The position numbers and the translations under genes are program-made. Below the pieces are notes generated by a model, which was not told where the DNA came from, searched no databases, and saw only the letters and a program-made list of their open reading frames with translations. From the IMG/VR virus record IMGVR_UViG_3300021962_000021, positions 174,220-238,219 of that record: a stretch of DNA of 64,000 bases, one strand, 5' to 3'. Positions 29,099 to 39,700 of the stretch are shown here, piece after piece (position 1 is the stretch's first letter; each line of letters begins with the position of its first letter).

Positions 29099-29603
29099 TC
29101 AATTTAATTCAAATACTAGAAAGTTAAATAGAGTAATCAAAAAAATAAATTTAAATAATTTATCTGGTTCTCTAAACGATATTAATCTAAATTTGGATTT
29201 ATCGGGTAGTTTATTGAATATTAAATTACCCACAACTTCATCATATCAATCCAATACAAAATCTAATCCAAATCCAACAAAATTAGTAAATAATAAAAAT
29301 ACTATATCTAATTTTCATAATGAAATTTTAATTCATAGTGCAAGATATGTTAGAATGGGTGTTGATACATTTGATAATACGGCAAACACTTTAACAATAT
29401 ATAATGCACAGACAGATTACGGAACGGAAGGAGCATCGCCTGATAATTTTGAAATAATGGTATATGGTTTACATATTCCTGGAAATTTTAAAGTTGAAGA
29501 TATTGGAAATAATGTTGTGATAACATTGGGAGATAGATATATTGATTTTGATAATGTTACCCTAAGTGATATTTATGTTTTTGGAAAATTAATAAGTATC
29601 TAA
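29091..29603 (+). CDS. Hypothetical structural-region protein
   Basis: Coupled ORF; LSGSL repeats; ends DIYVFGK, similar to its neighbours. Confidence 0.55.
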   Translation: MLNQFNSNTRKLNRVIKKINLNNLSGSLNDINLNLDLSGSLLNIKLPTTSSYQSNTKSNPNPTKLVNNKNTISNFHNEILIHSARYVRMGVDTFDNTANTLTIYNAQTDYGTEGASPDNFEIMVYGLHIPGNFKVEDIGNNVVITLGDRYIDFDNVTLSDIYVFGKLISI

Positions 29604-29619
29604 ATGTTAGATAAAAAGA

Positions 29620-29627
29620 TATTTATA
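29620..29627 (+). promoter_or_regulatory. Putative late promoter motif TATTTATA
   Basis: Exact motif 4 nt before the ATG at 29632. Confidence 0.55.
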
Positions 29628-29631
29628 AAAT

Positions 29632-29955
29632 ATGGCAAACTTAATTAGATTAAAACAAATAGAAAGTGGTTCGCAATTAAATACGGCAGCAAGTGTTGGA
29701 GCAGATTTTAGTGCATCTGTAAATAATATCGTATCACAATCAATTGAAACAACTTTTTCCGCATCAATTGTTCAAATAATTACAAATAATGTAGGAGCAG
29801 TTTTACCTGACGGTGTGGTAAGTGGTTCACAACAAGTAATTGATATATTAATACCTTTAAATCAATTCACAGCATCATTAAACGATACCTACGCAACCGA
29901 TGCAGAATTGGCAACATCACAATCCAATTTGAATGTAGATATGGGTGAATGGTAA
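29632..29955 (+). CDS. Small fibre-associated protein
   Basis: LPDGVVSGSQQV motif shared with the fibre genes; ends DMGEW. Confidence 0.6.
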   Translation: MANLIRLKQIESGSQLNTAASVGADFSASVNNIVSQSIETTFSASIVQIITNNVGAVLPDGVVSGSQQVIDILIPLNQFTASLNDTYATDAELATSQSNLNVDMGEW

Positions 29956-29993
29956 TATATTTTAATTTTTAATATTGTTAGTTAAAAAAATGA

Positions 29994-30001
29994 TATTTAT
30001 A
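29994..30001 (+). promoter_or_regulatory. Putative late promoter motif TATTTATA
   Basis: Exact motif before 30039. Confidence 0.6.
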
Positions 30002-30038
30002 GATTGAATAACTATACTTAAACGGAGAATAAGAAAAT

Positions 30039-32072
30039 ATGGCACAAATTATTAAACATAGACGTGGTTCGTTAGAAAACCTTAGTCAAGTAACATCATC
30101 AATACAAAAAGGTGAATTAGTAATAGCATCGGGTTCATCAAATCTGAGTGTAACAAACGGTTCATCAATTGTATTTGCAGCTGCTGCAGATGGACAACTA
30201 CAAGCAGTAAACAGAATACTTGTAGGAGCATCGGCACCGGCATCATTCCCAAATGTAACATACAATGGATTAGTAGCAGGTGTTCCATATTATGAAAGCA
30301 CTAGTGGTTCTTTGTGGATTTTAGGAACTGATTCAAATACCAAACTTAATTTAATTGGTAACATAAATTCATTCTCTCAATCCGTAGATAGTAGATTGGA
30401 TTCAGTTGAAGCATCTTTAGGTGGTGGTGGTGATATCGGTAGTTCGGTAACATTCTTAAACCAATTTACAGCAAGTGCAACAATTAGATTAAATAACTTA
30501 GAATCTACATCAGCAAGTGTAAATGGGCACATAGCAGATATAAACTCATATACATCATCTGCAAATACTTTAAATAGTTTACAAACTACTAGAATTGACC
30601 AATTAGCAGCAGCAACTTCATCTGTTAATAACTTTACATCATCTGCAACAAATAGATTAAATAATTTAGAATCTACATCTGCAAGTGTAAACGGCCATAT
30701 AGTAGATATAAATTCGTATACATCATCTTTAAAAGCAGCATTAACTGCAAGTGGTGCAAATGTAATATTTAGTGGTAATGTAACAATTCCTGGTAATTTA
30801 ACAGTTGCTGGAACACAAACCATTGTTAATTCTACAACTGTCCAAATCGGTGATAATATCATTGAATTGAATGGTAGTGGTGCAGCAAATGGTGGTATTA
30901 TGGTAAAGGATGCAACCAATCCTAATACTGCAACTGGTTCTTTATTGTGGGATACTACAAACGATTATTGGAAAGCAGGTATAAGTGGTTCAGAAGTTAA
31001 AATATTAAGAGCAGGTGGTGATGATGTTGTAAGTGGTTCATCTCAAATTACAATCTCATCAACAACAGGATATTCTGCATTTAGTTCTTCTATCTCAACA
31101 AATATAGTAGAATTATTTGGAACGGCATCAAATCACGAAGGAAGATTAGATACAATTGAAGCATCTATTGCAGGTGGAGCAGTTTCTACAAGAATTGACC
31201 AATTAGCAGCAGCAACTGCATCGGTTAATAGTTTTACTCAATCTACATTAGGACATATTGCTGATATAAATTCATATACGGCATCAAATGATACCCTAAA
31301 TACTTTACAATCTACAAGAATTAACCAATTAGCAGCATTGACTGCATCGGTTAGCAGTAGATTAGACCAACTTTCTACCGATAGTGGTTCTCAAAATACA
31401 AGAATTACTACATTAGAAAGTAAAGCAACTACATTACAAACTTATACGGCAAGTGTTGATGGACACATTGCAGATATAAATGCATATACTTCTTCTAACA
31501 ATACTACAAATACTGCACAAAATAATAGATTATCAAATATTGAAGCATTTACTTCATCATTTGGAACATCTTTCTCAACATCAGTAGATAGTAGATTAGA
31601 TACTTTAGAAGGGACAGGAACGATACAAGGTGTTGGAACTGGAAATCAAGTAACATTTGCAAAAGTAACAACTTCCGGAGATGTAGTGGTGGGTGGTGAT
31701 TTGGTGGTGCAAGGTAATACTGTAACATTAAATACAGCAACATTAGTAGTTGAAGATAAAACAATTCAATTAGCTAGTGGTTCTACAAACGCAGCTACAG
31801 CAAACGGAGCAGGTATTGAAGTAATCGGTGCAAGTGCAACATTTACTTATGATTCTACACCAAATGCATGGACTGCTAATATTCCAATTTCAGCATCAGC
31901 AGTGACAGCATCTGTTAATGTTCCTGGTTTTGGTTCTTCAAAAAGATTAGCATTTAGAGCAGCAACTGGTAATTTGGATTTCATTGCAGCAGCAACGACT
32001 ACAGGAGATATTGCTCAATGGGATGGAACAAATTTTGTGATGAGTAATGTTATAGATGGTGGAACATTCTAA
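30039..32072 (+). CDS. Fibre-like virion protein (Ser/Thr-rich coiled coil with beta repeats)
   Basis: IIKHRRG...GEL N-terminal anchor, SVDSRL heptads, GNLTVAGTQT...IGDNIIELN modules, ends IDGGTF. Confidence 0.75.
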   Translation: MAQIIKHRRGSLENLSQVTSSIQKGELVIASGSSNLSVTNGSSIVFAAAADGQLQAVNRILVGASAPASFPNVTYNGLVAGVPYYESTSGSLWILGTDSNTKLNLIGNINSFSQSVDSRLDSVEASLGGGGDIGSSVTFLNQFTASATIRLNNLESTSASVNGHIADINSYTSSANTLNSLQTTRIDQLAAATSSVNNFTSSATNRLNNLESTSASVNGHIVDINSYTSSLKAALTASGANVIFSGNVTIPGNLTVAGTQTIVNSTTVQIGDNIIELNGSGAANGGIMVKDATNPNTATGSLLWDTTNDYWKAGISGSEVKILRAGGDDVVSGSSQITISSTTGYSAFSSSISTNIVELFGTASNHEGRLDTIEASIAGGAVSTRIDQLAAATASVNSFTQSTLGHIADINSYTASNDTLNTLQSTRINQLAALTASVSSRLDQLSTDSGSQNTRITTLESKATTLQTYTASVDGHIADINAYTSSNNTTNTAQNNRLSNIEAFTSSFGTSFSTSVDSRLDTLEGTGTIQGVGTGNQVTFAKVTTSGDVVVGGDLVVQGNTVTLNTATLVVEDKTIQLASGSTNAATANGAGIEVIGASATFTYDSTPNAWTANIPISASAVTASVNVPGFGSSKRLAFRAATGNLDFIAAATTTGDIAQWDGTNFVMSNVIDGGTF

Positions 32073-32093
32073 AATTTTTAATTATATTTAAAG

Positions 32094-32117
32094 ACCCTTC
32101 TTCGGAAGGGTTTTTTA
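32094..32117 (+). terminator. Rho-independent terminator with C(UUCG)G tetraloop
   Basis: ACCCTTC-TTCG-GAAGGGT followed by a T-tract. Confidence 0.9.
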
Positions 32118-32188
32118 TTTTCAAAAAGTATATTTATTGAAGTAGTATATACTACCTTTTTGTTATATAACCACAGAATAGACTATAT

Positions 32189-32707
32189 ATGTCACAATCA
32201 ATTATACTGAAGCGCTCTGCGCTACCCGGTAAAGTGCCTGATACGGGTTCTCTTAACTTAGGTGAAATTGCAATAAACACCTATGATGGCAAAGTATTCC
32301 TAAAACGTTCAGGAAGTATTGAGTCTATTCAAAGTATTATAACCACCGATTCAATAACCACAGGTTCAATTACACTTACTCAAACCGGTTCATTTGGTGA
32401 ATTGGTTATTACACAAGATGTAAACATCAGTAGAGATTTGTATGTATCTAGAGATATTGTTACAAACGGTGATATTGATGCTATTGGTGATATAACAGGA
32501 TCAAATTTATTAATTAACGGAACTATTACCGGAAATTCCTTTATTGGTGATGGTAGTGGTTTAACAAATTTACCACAACAACAGGCTGATTTATCTTCTG
32601 CAACACTAGAAACGGTGGATGGTAATAACATACCCAATCGTTCAATTGCGGATGTATTTACACAATTAGCAGTTGCGGGTATTATAGATTTGGATTTTAA
32701 TGATTAA
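32189..32707 (+). CDS. Short fibre-related protein
   Basis: IILKRS...P....L.LGEIAINTYDGKVF anchor domain; F.GDGSGLTNL motif. Confidence 0.7.
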   Translation: MSQSIILKRSALPGKVPDTGSLNLGEIAINTYDGKVFLKRSGSIESIQSIITTDSITTGSITLTQTGSFGELVITQDVNISRDLYVSRDIVTNGDIDAIGDITGSNLLINGTITGNSFIGDGSGLTNLPQQQADLSSATLETVDGNNIPNRSIADVFTQLAVAGIIDLDFND

Positions 32708-32710
32708 CGA

Positions 32711-32718
32711 TATTTATA
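32711..32718 (+). promoter_or_regulatory. Putative late promoter motif TATTTATA
   Basis: Exact motif before 32739. Confidence 0.6.
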
Positions 32719-32738
32719 CAAAACAGAAATAATATTAG

Positions 32739-35700
32739 ATGGCAGCTATATTTACATTAAGAAAAGGTTCTACAAACGCAAGTCCTTCACTAACAGAAGC
32801 AGAATTATATTTACATTTAGGTAGTGGTTCTATTCAATTTGGTAGTGGTTCTACAAAATATAACCTATTACCATTGGATGCACCTGTTAAGGGAGATGTG
32901 ATTCTTACAGGAAATATAACAGCATCTAATGCATATTTTTCAGGAGATGTTGCAATTTCTGGAAACTTATTTTTGGGTAATAATACATCTGATAATATAA
33001 GTGCACTGGGTGTATTTACATCGGATTTAAAACCAGGAACTTCAAATACATATAATATAGGAAGCACAACCGCAGTTTGGGCAAATGTATATGCAAATAA
33101 CATTTCGGCATCTTCATTCACAGGTTCATTTAGTGGTTCAATTGGTGGAATAGATTTCAATCAATTCAGTTCTTCAGTAGATAGTAGATTAGACCAATTA
33201 GAAACCGATTCGGGTTCACAAAACACAAGAATAACAAGTTTAGAATCTAAAGCAACTACTTTACAAACATATACTGCAAGTATCAATACAAGAATTGACC
33301 AACTTGCAACGGATACAGGTTCTCAAAATACAAGAATAACAAATTTAGAAACAAAAGCAACTACACTTCAAACATATACTGCAAGTGTGGATAATAGATT
33401 GAGTAGTTTAGAAACAGATACTGGTTCTCAAAATACAAGAATAACAACTTTAGAAACAAAAGCTACAACTTTACAAACTTATACTGCAAGTGTTGATTCT
33501 AAATTCAATACAATTCAAAGTTTAACCGCATCTTTAAATTTACAAACAGCATCGTTTAATACATGGACGGGTTCGGTTTATAATAATTTTTCAGAATCAG
33601 TTGATAGTAGATTGGATAATGTTGAAAGTTATACATCATCATTAAAAAATGCAATATCTGCAAGTGGACAAGATTTGATTGTATATGGTAACTTAACTGT
33701 GCAAGGAACACAAACAACTCTTAACACTTCGGAAGTAACTATTGAAGATAAAACATTAACATTAGCAAGTGGTTCAACAAATGGTGCAGATGCGGATAAA
33801 GCTGGATTATATATAGCAGGTGCAGATGTTAGTATGAGTTGGAATAACTCAAACCAAAGAGTAGAATTAAATAAAGATTTTGCAGTAATTGGTAGTATAA
33901 GCGCATCGAGTTTCATTGGATTAAATGGTGTAAGTTTATCAAACTATTCTACATCCGTTGATAGTAGACTTGTAAGTATACAAACTAATTTACTTGCAAC
34001 TTCTGCAAGTGTAAATGGGCATATAGTAGATATTAACTCTAAAACGGGTTCATATGCAACAACCGGCTCTAATACATTCAATGGTACACAAAGAATAGTT
34101 GGTAATACATCCATAACGGGTGGATTGGATATATACTCTGCAAGTTGGGCAGAAATTCGTTTAAGAAATGGTGATATTGGAATTGATTATCATATCCAAA
34201 ATACCGCAGGTGGTAATTTTTCAATTCATAATAAAGATTTAAACGCATCAACATTCAGAATTGATTCTGGATCAACATTAAATGAAGCACATGTTCATAT
34301 TTTTGCAGATTTGTATGTAACGACGGGTAGTGTTTATGCTCAAAAATTAGTGTCAGCGGCAACTGCTTCTTTTGGAAAAATATACGCAATAGGGCCAGCA
34401 GGTGAAATTAGTGGTAGTATTAGTGGTATAGGAAATGTTTCACAATACTCTCAATCGGTAGATAGTAGATTAGATAGTTTAGAACTTTCAACTTCTTCTT
34501 TATACCAATACACTTCTTCAAATGATACAACTAATACAAATCAAAATAATAGATTAAGTATATTAGAAGAATCAACAGCAAGTTTAAATACTTTTAGTGC
34601 ATCTATAAATGGACATGTTTCGGATATTAATACCTATACGGCATCTATAAATGTACATGTTTCTGATATTAATGCATGGACTGGTTCTCAAAAACAAAAA
34701 GATACAACTTTAGAATCGGTAACCGCATCTTTAAATTTACAAACAGCATCGTTTAATATATGGACGGGTTCTATATTCCAACCATTCTCAACTTCAGTAG
34801 ATACTAGATTGGATTCTTTAGAATATACGGTAACTATATTAAGCCCTGGTGGATTGGAAGCATCTTTGTTATCCATAAACTCAGCAACACAATCATTACA
34901 ATGGTTTAGTCAATCTATTCATTTATATACCGCTAGTTTAAATGATACAATTGCAAGATTAAAAGAATCAACTGCAAGTATAAATTTAACAACTGCATCT
35001 ATAAATGGACACATTTCCGATATAAATGTTTGGAGTGGTTCTGCAAAAACTTCTATTACTAATTTAGAAACCAAAGCAACTACTCTTGAAACTTATACCG
35101 CATCTGTTAATGGACATATTGCAGATATAAATGCATATACTTCTTCCAATAATACTACTAACACAAATCAAAATAATAGATTAAGTAGATTAGAAGAATC
35201 AACTGCATCATTAAATTCTTATACGGCATCATTAAAAACTGCAATTGCTCTAAATGGAACAAATGTAACAATCAATGGTGACCTTTCAGTTTTAGGAACA
35301 ACTACACAAATTAATTCAACACAAGTTAATATTGGTGAAAATATATTAGAATTAAACTTTGGTGGTTCAGCAACAACAGCTGGTATTTACACGAGAGATG
35401 TAACAGGTGGTTCAACAACTTCGGGTTCATTACTTTGGAACGCAACTGATGATATTTGGATTGCGGGTAAAAAAGGTAGTGAAGCTAAAGTATTGACAGA
35501 TGGAATGGGAGTAATATCCGGTTCGGGTCAATTGGGAAGTTATGAAACAACGGGTAGAGGAATTATTTCATCTTCTGCTCAAATTGATACATTATTTAAT
35601 TTAGATGGAATTGTATCAAGTTCAGCACAAATAACACCATTATTACCTAATGGAGTTGTTAGTGGTTCATCGCAAGTTTCTTATTTGGGATTAACCAACA

Positions 35701-36653
35701 TACCTGCAGGAATTATTTCATCATCTGCTCAAATAGATACATTATTCAATATTGATGGTTTAGTTTCGGGTTCATCTCAAATTGATGCAACCTTAACTAC
35801 AAATTGGACAACTGGTGTTAAAACTCAATTAGACAATAATACAGTTGTATCGGGTTCATCACAAGTTTCTTATTTGGGATTAAGTAATATACCATCTGGA
35901 ATTATTTCATCATCTGCTCAAATTGATAGTATATTTAATATTGATGGATTAGTTTCAGGTTCATCTCAAATTAACTTTACAGGATTAAGTGGAATATCCG
36001 CAAATATAATTTCGGCATCTTCTGATACGGCACAAGTTGATATGATTATAACCGGGGGTTCAATATCCGCTAACTTAAAAGGTGGTGTTGTATCGGGTTC
36101 GGGTCAAATAGATGTATCTTCAACAACCGGTGATATTACATTGGGAACTAGAACATCTGGTAATTATGTTGCAACTATAACAGGAACAGCAAATCAAATA
36201 ACAGTCGCTGGTTCCGGTGTTGAAACTGCAGCAATTACACTTTCGACTCCACAAGATATCGCAACAACATCAAATGTTCAATTCGGTTCAATCGGTGTGG
36301 GAACTACTGCAAGTGGGGTAAGTGGTGAGATTAGAGCAACAGGAGATATTGTGGCATTCTATTCTTCGGATGAAAGATTAAAAGAAAACATACAACCAAT
36401 CCAAAACGCTTTATCAAAAGTTGAATCAATTAGTGGTAATACATACGATTGGAAAGAAGGATTTGAAACAATACATTCTCACACAGGAAATGACTTAGGA
36501 GTAATTGCACAAGAAGTTCAATCAGTATTACCTGAAGTAGTAACTGAAAGAGAAAGTGGATATTTAGCAGTTGATTATGTGAAATTAGTTCCTGTATTAA
36601 TTGAAGCAATTAAAGAATTATCTGCAAGAGTTAAAGAATTGGAAAATAAATAA
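32739..36653 (+). CDS. Long fibre protein with C-terminal intramolecular chaperone (peptidase S74)
   Basis: YSSDERLKENI...W...GVIAQEVQSVLPEVV...VDYVKLVPVLIEAIKEL; coiled-coil repeats. Confidence 0.85.
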   Translation: MAAIFTLRKGSTNASPSLTEAELYLHLGSGSIQFGSGSTKYNLLPLDAPVKGDVILTGNITASNAYFSGDVAISGNLFLGNNTSDNISALGVFTSDLKPGTSNTYNIGSTTAVWANVYANNISASSFTGSFSGSIGGIDFNQFSSSVDSRLDQLETDSGSQNTRITSLESKATTLQTYTASINTRIDQLATDTGSQNTRITNLETKATTLQTYTASVDNRLSSLETDTGSQNTRITTLETKATTLQTYTASVDSKFNTIQSLTASLNLQTASFNTWTGSVYNNFSESVDSRLDNVESYTSSLKNAISASGQDLIVYGNLTVQGTQTTLNTSEVTIEDKTLTLASGSTNGADADKAGLYIAGADVSMSWNNSNQRVELNKDFAVIGSISASSFIGLNGVSLSNYSTSVDSRLVSIQTNLLATSASVNGHIVDINSKTGSYATTGSNTFNGTQRIVGNTSITGGLDIYSASWAEIRLRNGDIGIDYHIQNTAGGNFSIHNKDLNASTFRIDSGSTLNEAHVHIFADLYVTTGSVYAQKLVSAATASFGKIYAIGPAGEISGSISGIGNVSQYSQSVDSRLDSLELSTSSLYQYTSSNDTTNTNQNNRLSILEESTASLNTFSASINGHVSDINTYTASINVHVSDINAWTGSQKQKDTTLESVTASLNLQTASFNIWTGSIFQPFSTSVDTRLDSLEYTVTILSPGGLEASLLSINSATQSLQWFSQSIHLYTASLNDTIARLKESTASINLTTASINGHISDINVWSGSAKTSITNLETKATTLETYTASVNGHIADINAYTSSNNTTNTNQNNRLSRLEESTASLNSYTASLKTAIALNGTNVTINGDLSVLGTTTQINSTQVNIGENILELNFGGSATTAGIYTRDVTGGSTTSGSLLWNATDDIWIAGKKGSEAKVLTDGMGVISGSGQLGSYETTGRGIISSSAQIDTLFNLDGIVSSSAQITPLLPNGVVSGSSQVSYLGLTNIPAGIISSSAQIDTLFNIDGLVSGSSQIDATLTTNWTTGVKTQLDNNTVVSGSSQVSYLGLSNIPSGIISSSAQIDSIFNIDGLVSGSSQINFTGLSGISANIISASSDTAQVDMIITGGSISANLKGGVVSGSGQIDVSSTTGDITLGTRTSGNYVATITGTANQITVAGSGVETAAITLSTPQDIATTSNVQFGSIGVGTTASGVSGEIRATGDIVAFYSSDERLKENIQPIQNALSKVESISGNTYDWKEGFETIHSHTGNDLGVIAQEVQSVLPEVVTERESGYLAVDYVKLVPVLIEAIKELSARVKELENK
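33180..33500 (+). repeat. Three tandem 105-nt (35-aa) coding repeats
   Basis: Unit L(E/A)TD(S/T)GSQNTRITxLE(S/T)KATTLQTYTAS occurs three times. Confidence 0.85.
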
Positions 36654-36654
36654 A

Positions 36655-36662
36655 TATTTATA
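36655..36662 (+). promoter_or_regulatory. Putative late promoter motif TATTTATA
   Basis: Exact motif before 36710. Confidence 0.6.
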
Positions 36663-36709
36663 GATTAACAACAATATATTAATAACGGACTAAAAAGAAG
36701 GTAAACTAA

Positions 36710-39700
36710 ATGGCACTTAAATTTAGACGTGGGACAACCGCACAAAAATCAGGTTCACTAGCATACGGAGAACCATATGTAAATACTACATTAGGGACTC
36801 TACAAATTGGAGGAGAAGCAGGTGATATAACACTTTTAATAAACTCATCCTCAGCTGGAATTTCTGGTTCATCATTGGATATTACAGGAAATGCAAAAAT
36901 AGATGGTAACCTAAGATTGGGTGGTAATATTACAATTGGTGACCAAACAACCGATACTGTTAATGTTGTAGCAAATTTAAGTTCATCTCTTATACCATCT
37001 GTAAATAACGCATTTGATTTAGGTAGTTCTACGAAAATTTGGAGAGACCTTTATTTATCAACAGGTTCAATAAAATTGGTTGATGGAAGTGGTGTGGTTG
37101 TTAATACTATTACAAACGCAAATATTGTAACAACCGATACTATTGCAAGTGGTAGTGTTACTTTAACAAATTCATTACCAACTGGAGTTGTATCAAGTTC
37201 GGCACAAGTTGTAAATATACTGAATTCTCTTAATTCATATACTGCAAGTAATGATACAACCAACTCTACTCAAAATAGTAGATTAGACCAACTTTCTACC
37301 GATAGTGGTTCTCAAAATACAAGAATAACAAATTTAGAAACAAAAGCAACTACACTTCAAACATATACTGCAAGTGTAAATGGGCATATAACCGATATAA
37401 ACACTTATACTTCTTCAAACGATACTACAAATACAACACAAAATACAAGATTAACGGCATTAGAAGCATCAGCATCTACGGCGTTATCTACAAATAATTT
37501 ACAAAGCACAAGAGTTGACCAATTGGCAGCAGCAACTGCATCGGTTAATTCATTTACATCTTCAATCAACACAACTATTAAGAGTAAATTAGATACAGAT
37601 GGTGTTGTGAGTGGTTCATCTCAAATAACTTTATCATCAACAACTGGATTTACTTCTTATAGTTCATCCGTTGATAGTAGAATATTAACTGAAAAAGGTA
37701 GAGTGGATGCAATTTTATTAGCAGCAGATGCGGATAAAGATTCATTTGCAGAAATTGTAACTTTAATCAATTCGGTAGATACTACAAATGATAACACTTT
37801 TGCATCATTTTATACAGCAAGTAATGGTAGATTAAATAATTTAGAATCTACATCAGCAAGTGTAAATGGACATGTTTCTGATATTAATACAAAAACAGGT
37901 TCTTTTGAAACTAAATTTTCAACATTACAAACCTACACTGCAAGTGTAAATGGTCACATCGCAGATATAAATGCATACACTGCATCAAACAATACAACTA
38001 ATAGTTCTCAAACTACAAGAATTGACCAATTAGCAGCAGCAACTGCATCTGTTAATTCATTTACATCTTCAATTGATACAACAATTAAAACTAAATTGAA
38101 TGTAGAAGGTGTAATTAGTGGTTCTTCACAATTAAGTGGAACTACGATATCAAATTTATCAGGTTCATTTACCGGTTCATTCAAAGGAAATGTTGCAGGT
38201 GTTGCTGATTACGCACAAACAACTGCAGTTGTAACAACAGGAGCAACAACGGATAACACCTTATATCCTATATTTTCTTCCAATCCATCACCAAATTCAT
38301 ATATAACACCTATAACTCACCCATCGGGTTCGTTTTATTATAATGGTGCGAGTAGAAAAGTTTATGCTGATACATTTGTAGGTGGAATTGAAGCGACAAA
38401 TGGTATAGTAAGTGGTTCTGCACAAATAGTGGATGTATTATCATCATTGAATTCATATACAAGTTCAAACGATACAACTAATACTTTACAATCTACAAGA
38501 ATTGACCAATTAGCAGCAGCAACTGCATCGGTTAATAGTTTCACATCATCGGAAAATACAAAAGCAGCAACATTAGCTTTATATACCGCATCCGTTGAAA
38601 CTAAATTTTCAACATTGCAAACCTATACTGCAAGTGTAAATGGTCATATTGTGGATATAAATGCATACACTGCATCAAACAATACAACCAACACAACGCA
38701 AAATGGTAGATTAAATAATTTAGAATCTACATCTGCAAGTGTAAATAGTTCAATAAATAATATTAACTCATTCACAGCTAGTAATGGTAATACTTCATTA
38801 AATTCATATACGGGTTCATTAAACGCAGCATTATCAGTAACGGGTTCTAAAATTAACTTTTTAGGAGATATAGTAGTTTGGGGAACACAATCGGTAATCA
38901 GTTCGCAAAATTTGGCAGTAGCTGATAATATGATTTATCTAAATGATGGTTCAACCGTAACTGATCCTGATTTGGGTATAGCAGGTAACTACAATGATGG
39001 TGTATATAGACATACTGGTATATTTAGTGATGCAAGTGATGGACATGCATGGAAAGTGTTTAAGGCATATACTCCTGAACCATCTGGAACAATAGATACT
39101 ACACATGGTTCATTCGCATTGGCAGATTTTAAAGCAGGAGCATTTACAGGTACATCATTTAGTGGACAAATATTGGCAACCAATGGTGTAGTGAGTGGTT
39201 CATCTCAAGTAGATGCAACAGCAACTACTAACTGGTCTACTGGTATTAAAACCCAATTAAATACTAATACCGTTGTATCGGGTTCATCTCAAATAAATTT
39301 AGGTTCCGCAGCAGGAAACATCGCATTATCAACCCAAACAACAGGTGATTATGTTGCAAGTTTAGTTGCAGGAACAAATATTACTCTTTCCAATAATAGT
39401 GGAGAGGGAGCAACCCCAACAATTGGTTTAACAAATAATTCCATTACAATTGCAGGACAATCTACCGCTTTAGGTAGTTCAGTAACGGCAGAAACTATTA
39501 GAACTGCAATAGGAACAGTTGTAACGGGTTCAGGACAAATATCAATTACTGGAGTAAGTGGATATGATGCAAATAAATATGTTGACCACACAACGGTAAC
39601 AATGACTGCCGGAAGTGGTTTAATTGGTGGTGGAACAATCGCAGAAACTAGAACATTCTCAGTTGATTCTGGCTCAATGTTACCATATTACTCTTCTTCT

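Noticed and set aside
32142-32171. Short palindromes GTAGTATATACTAC and GTTATATAAC in a leader
   Set aside because: AT-rich, single occurrence, and plausible by chance without comparative data
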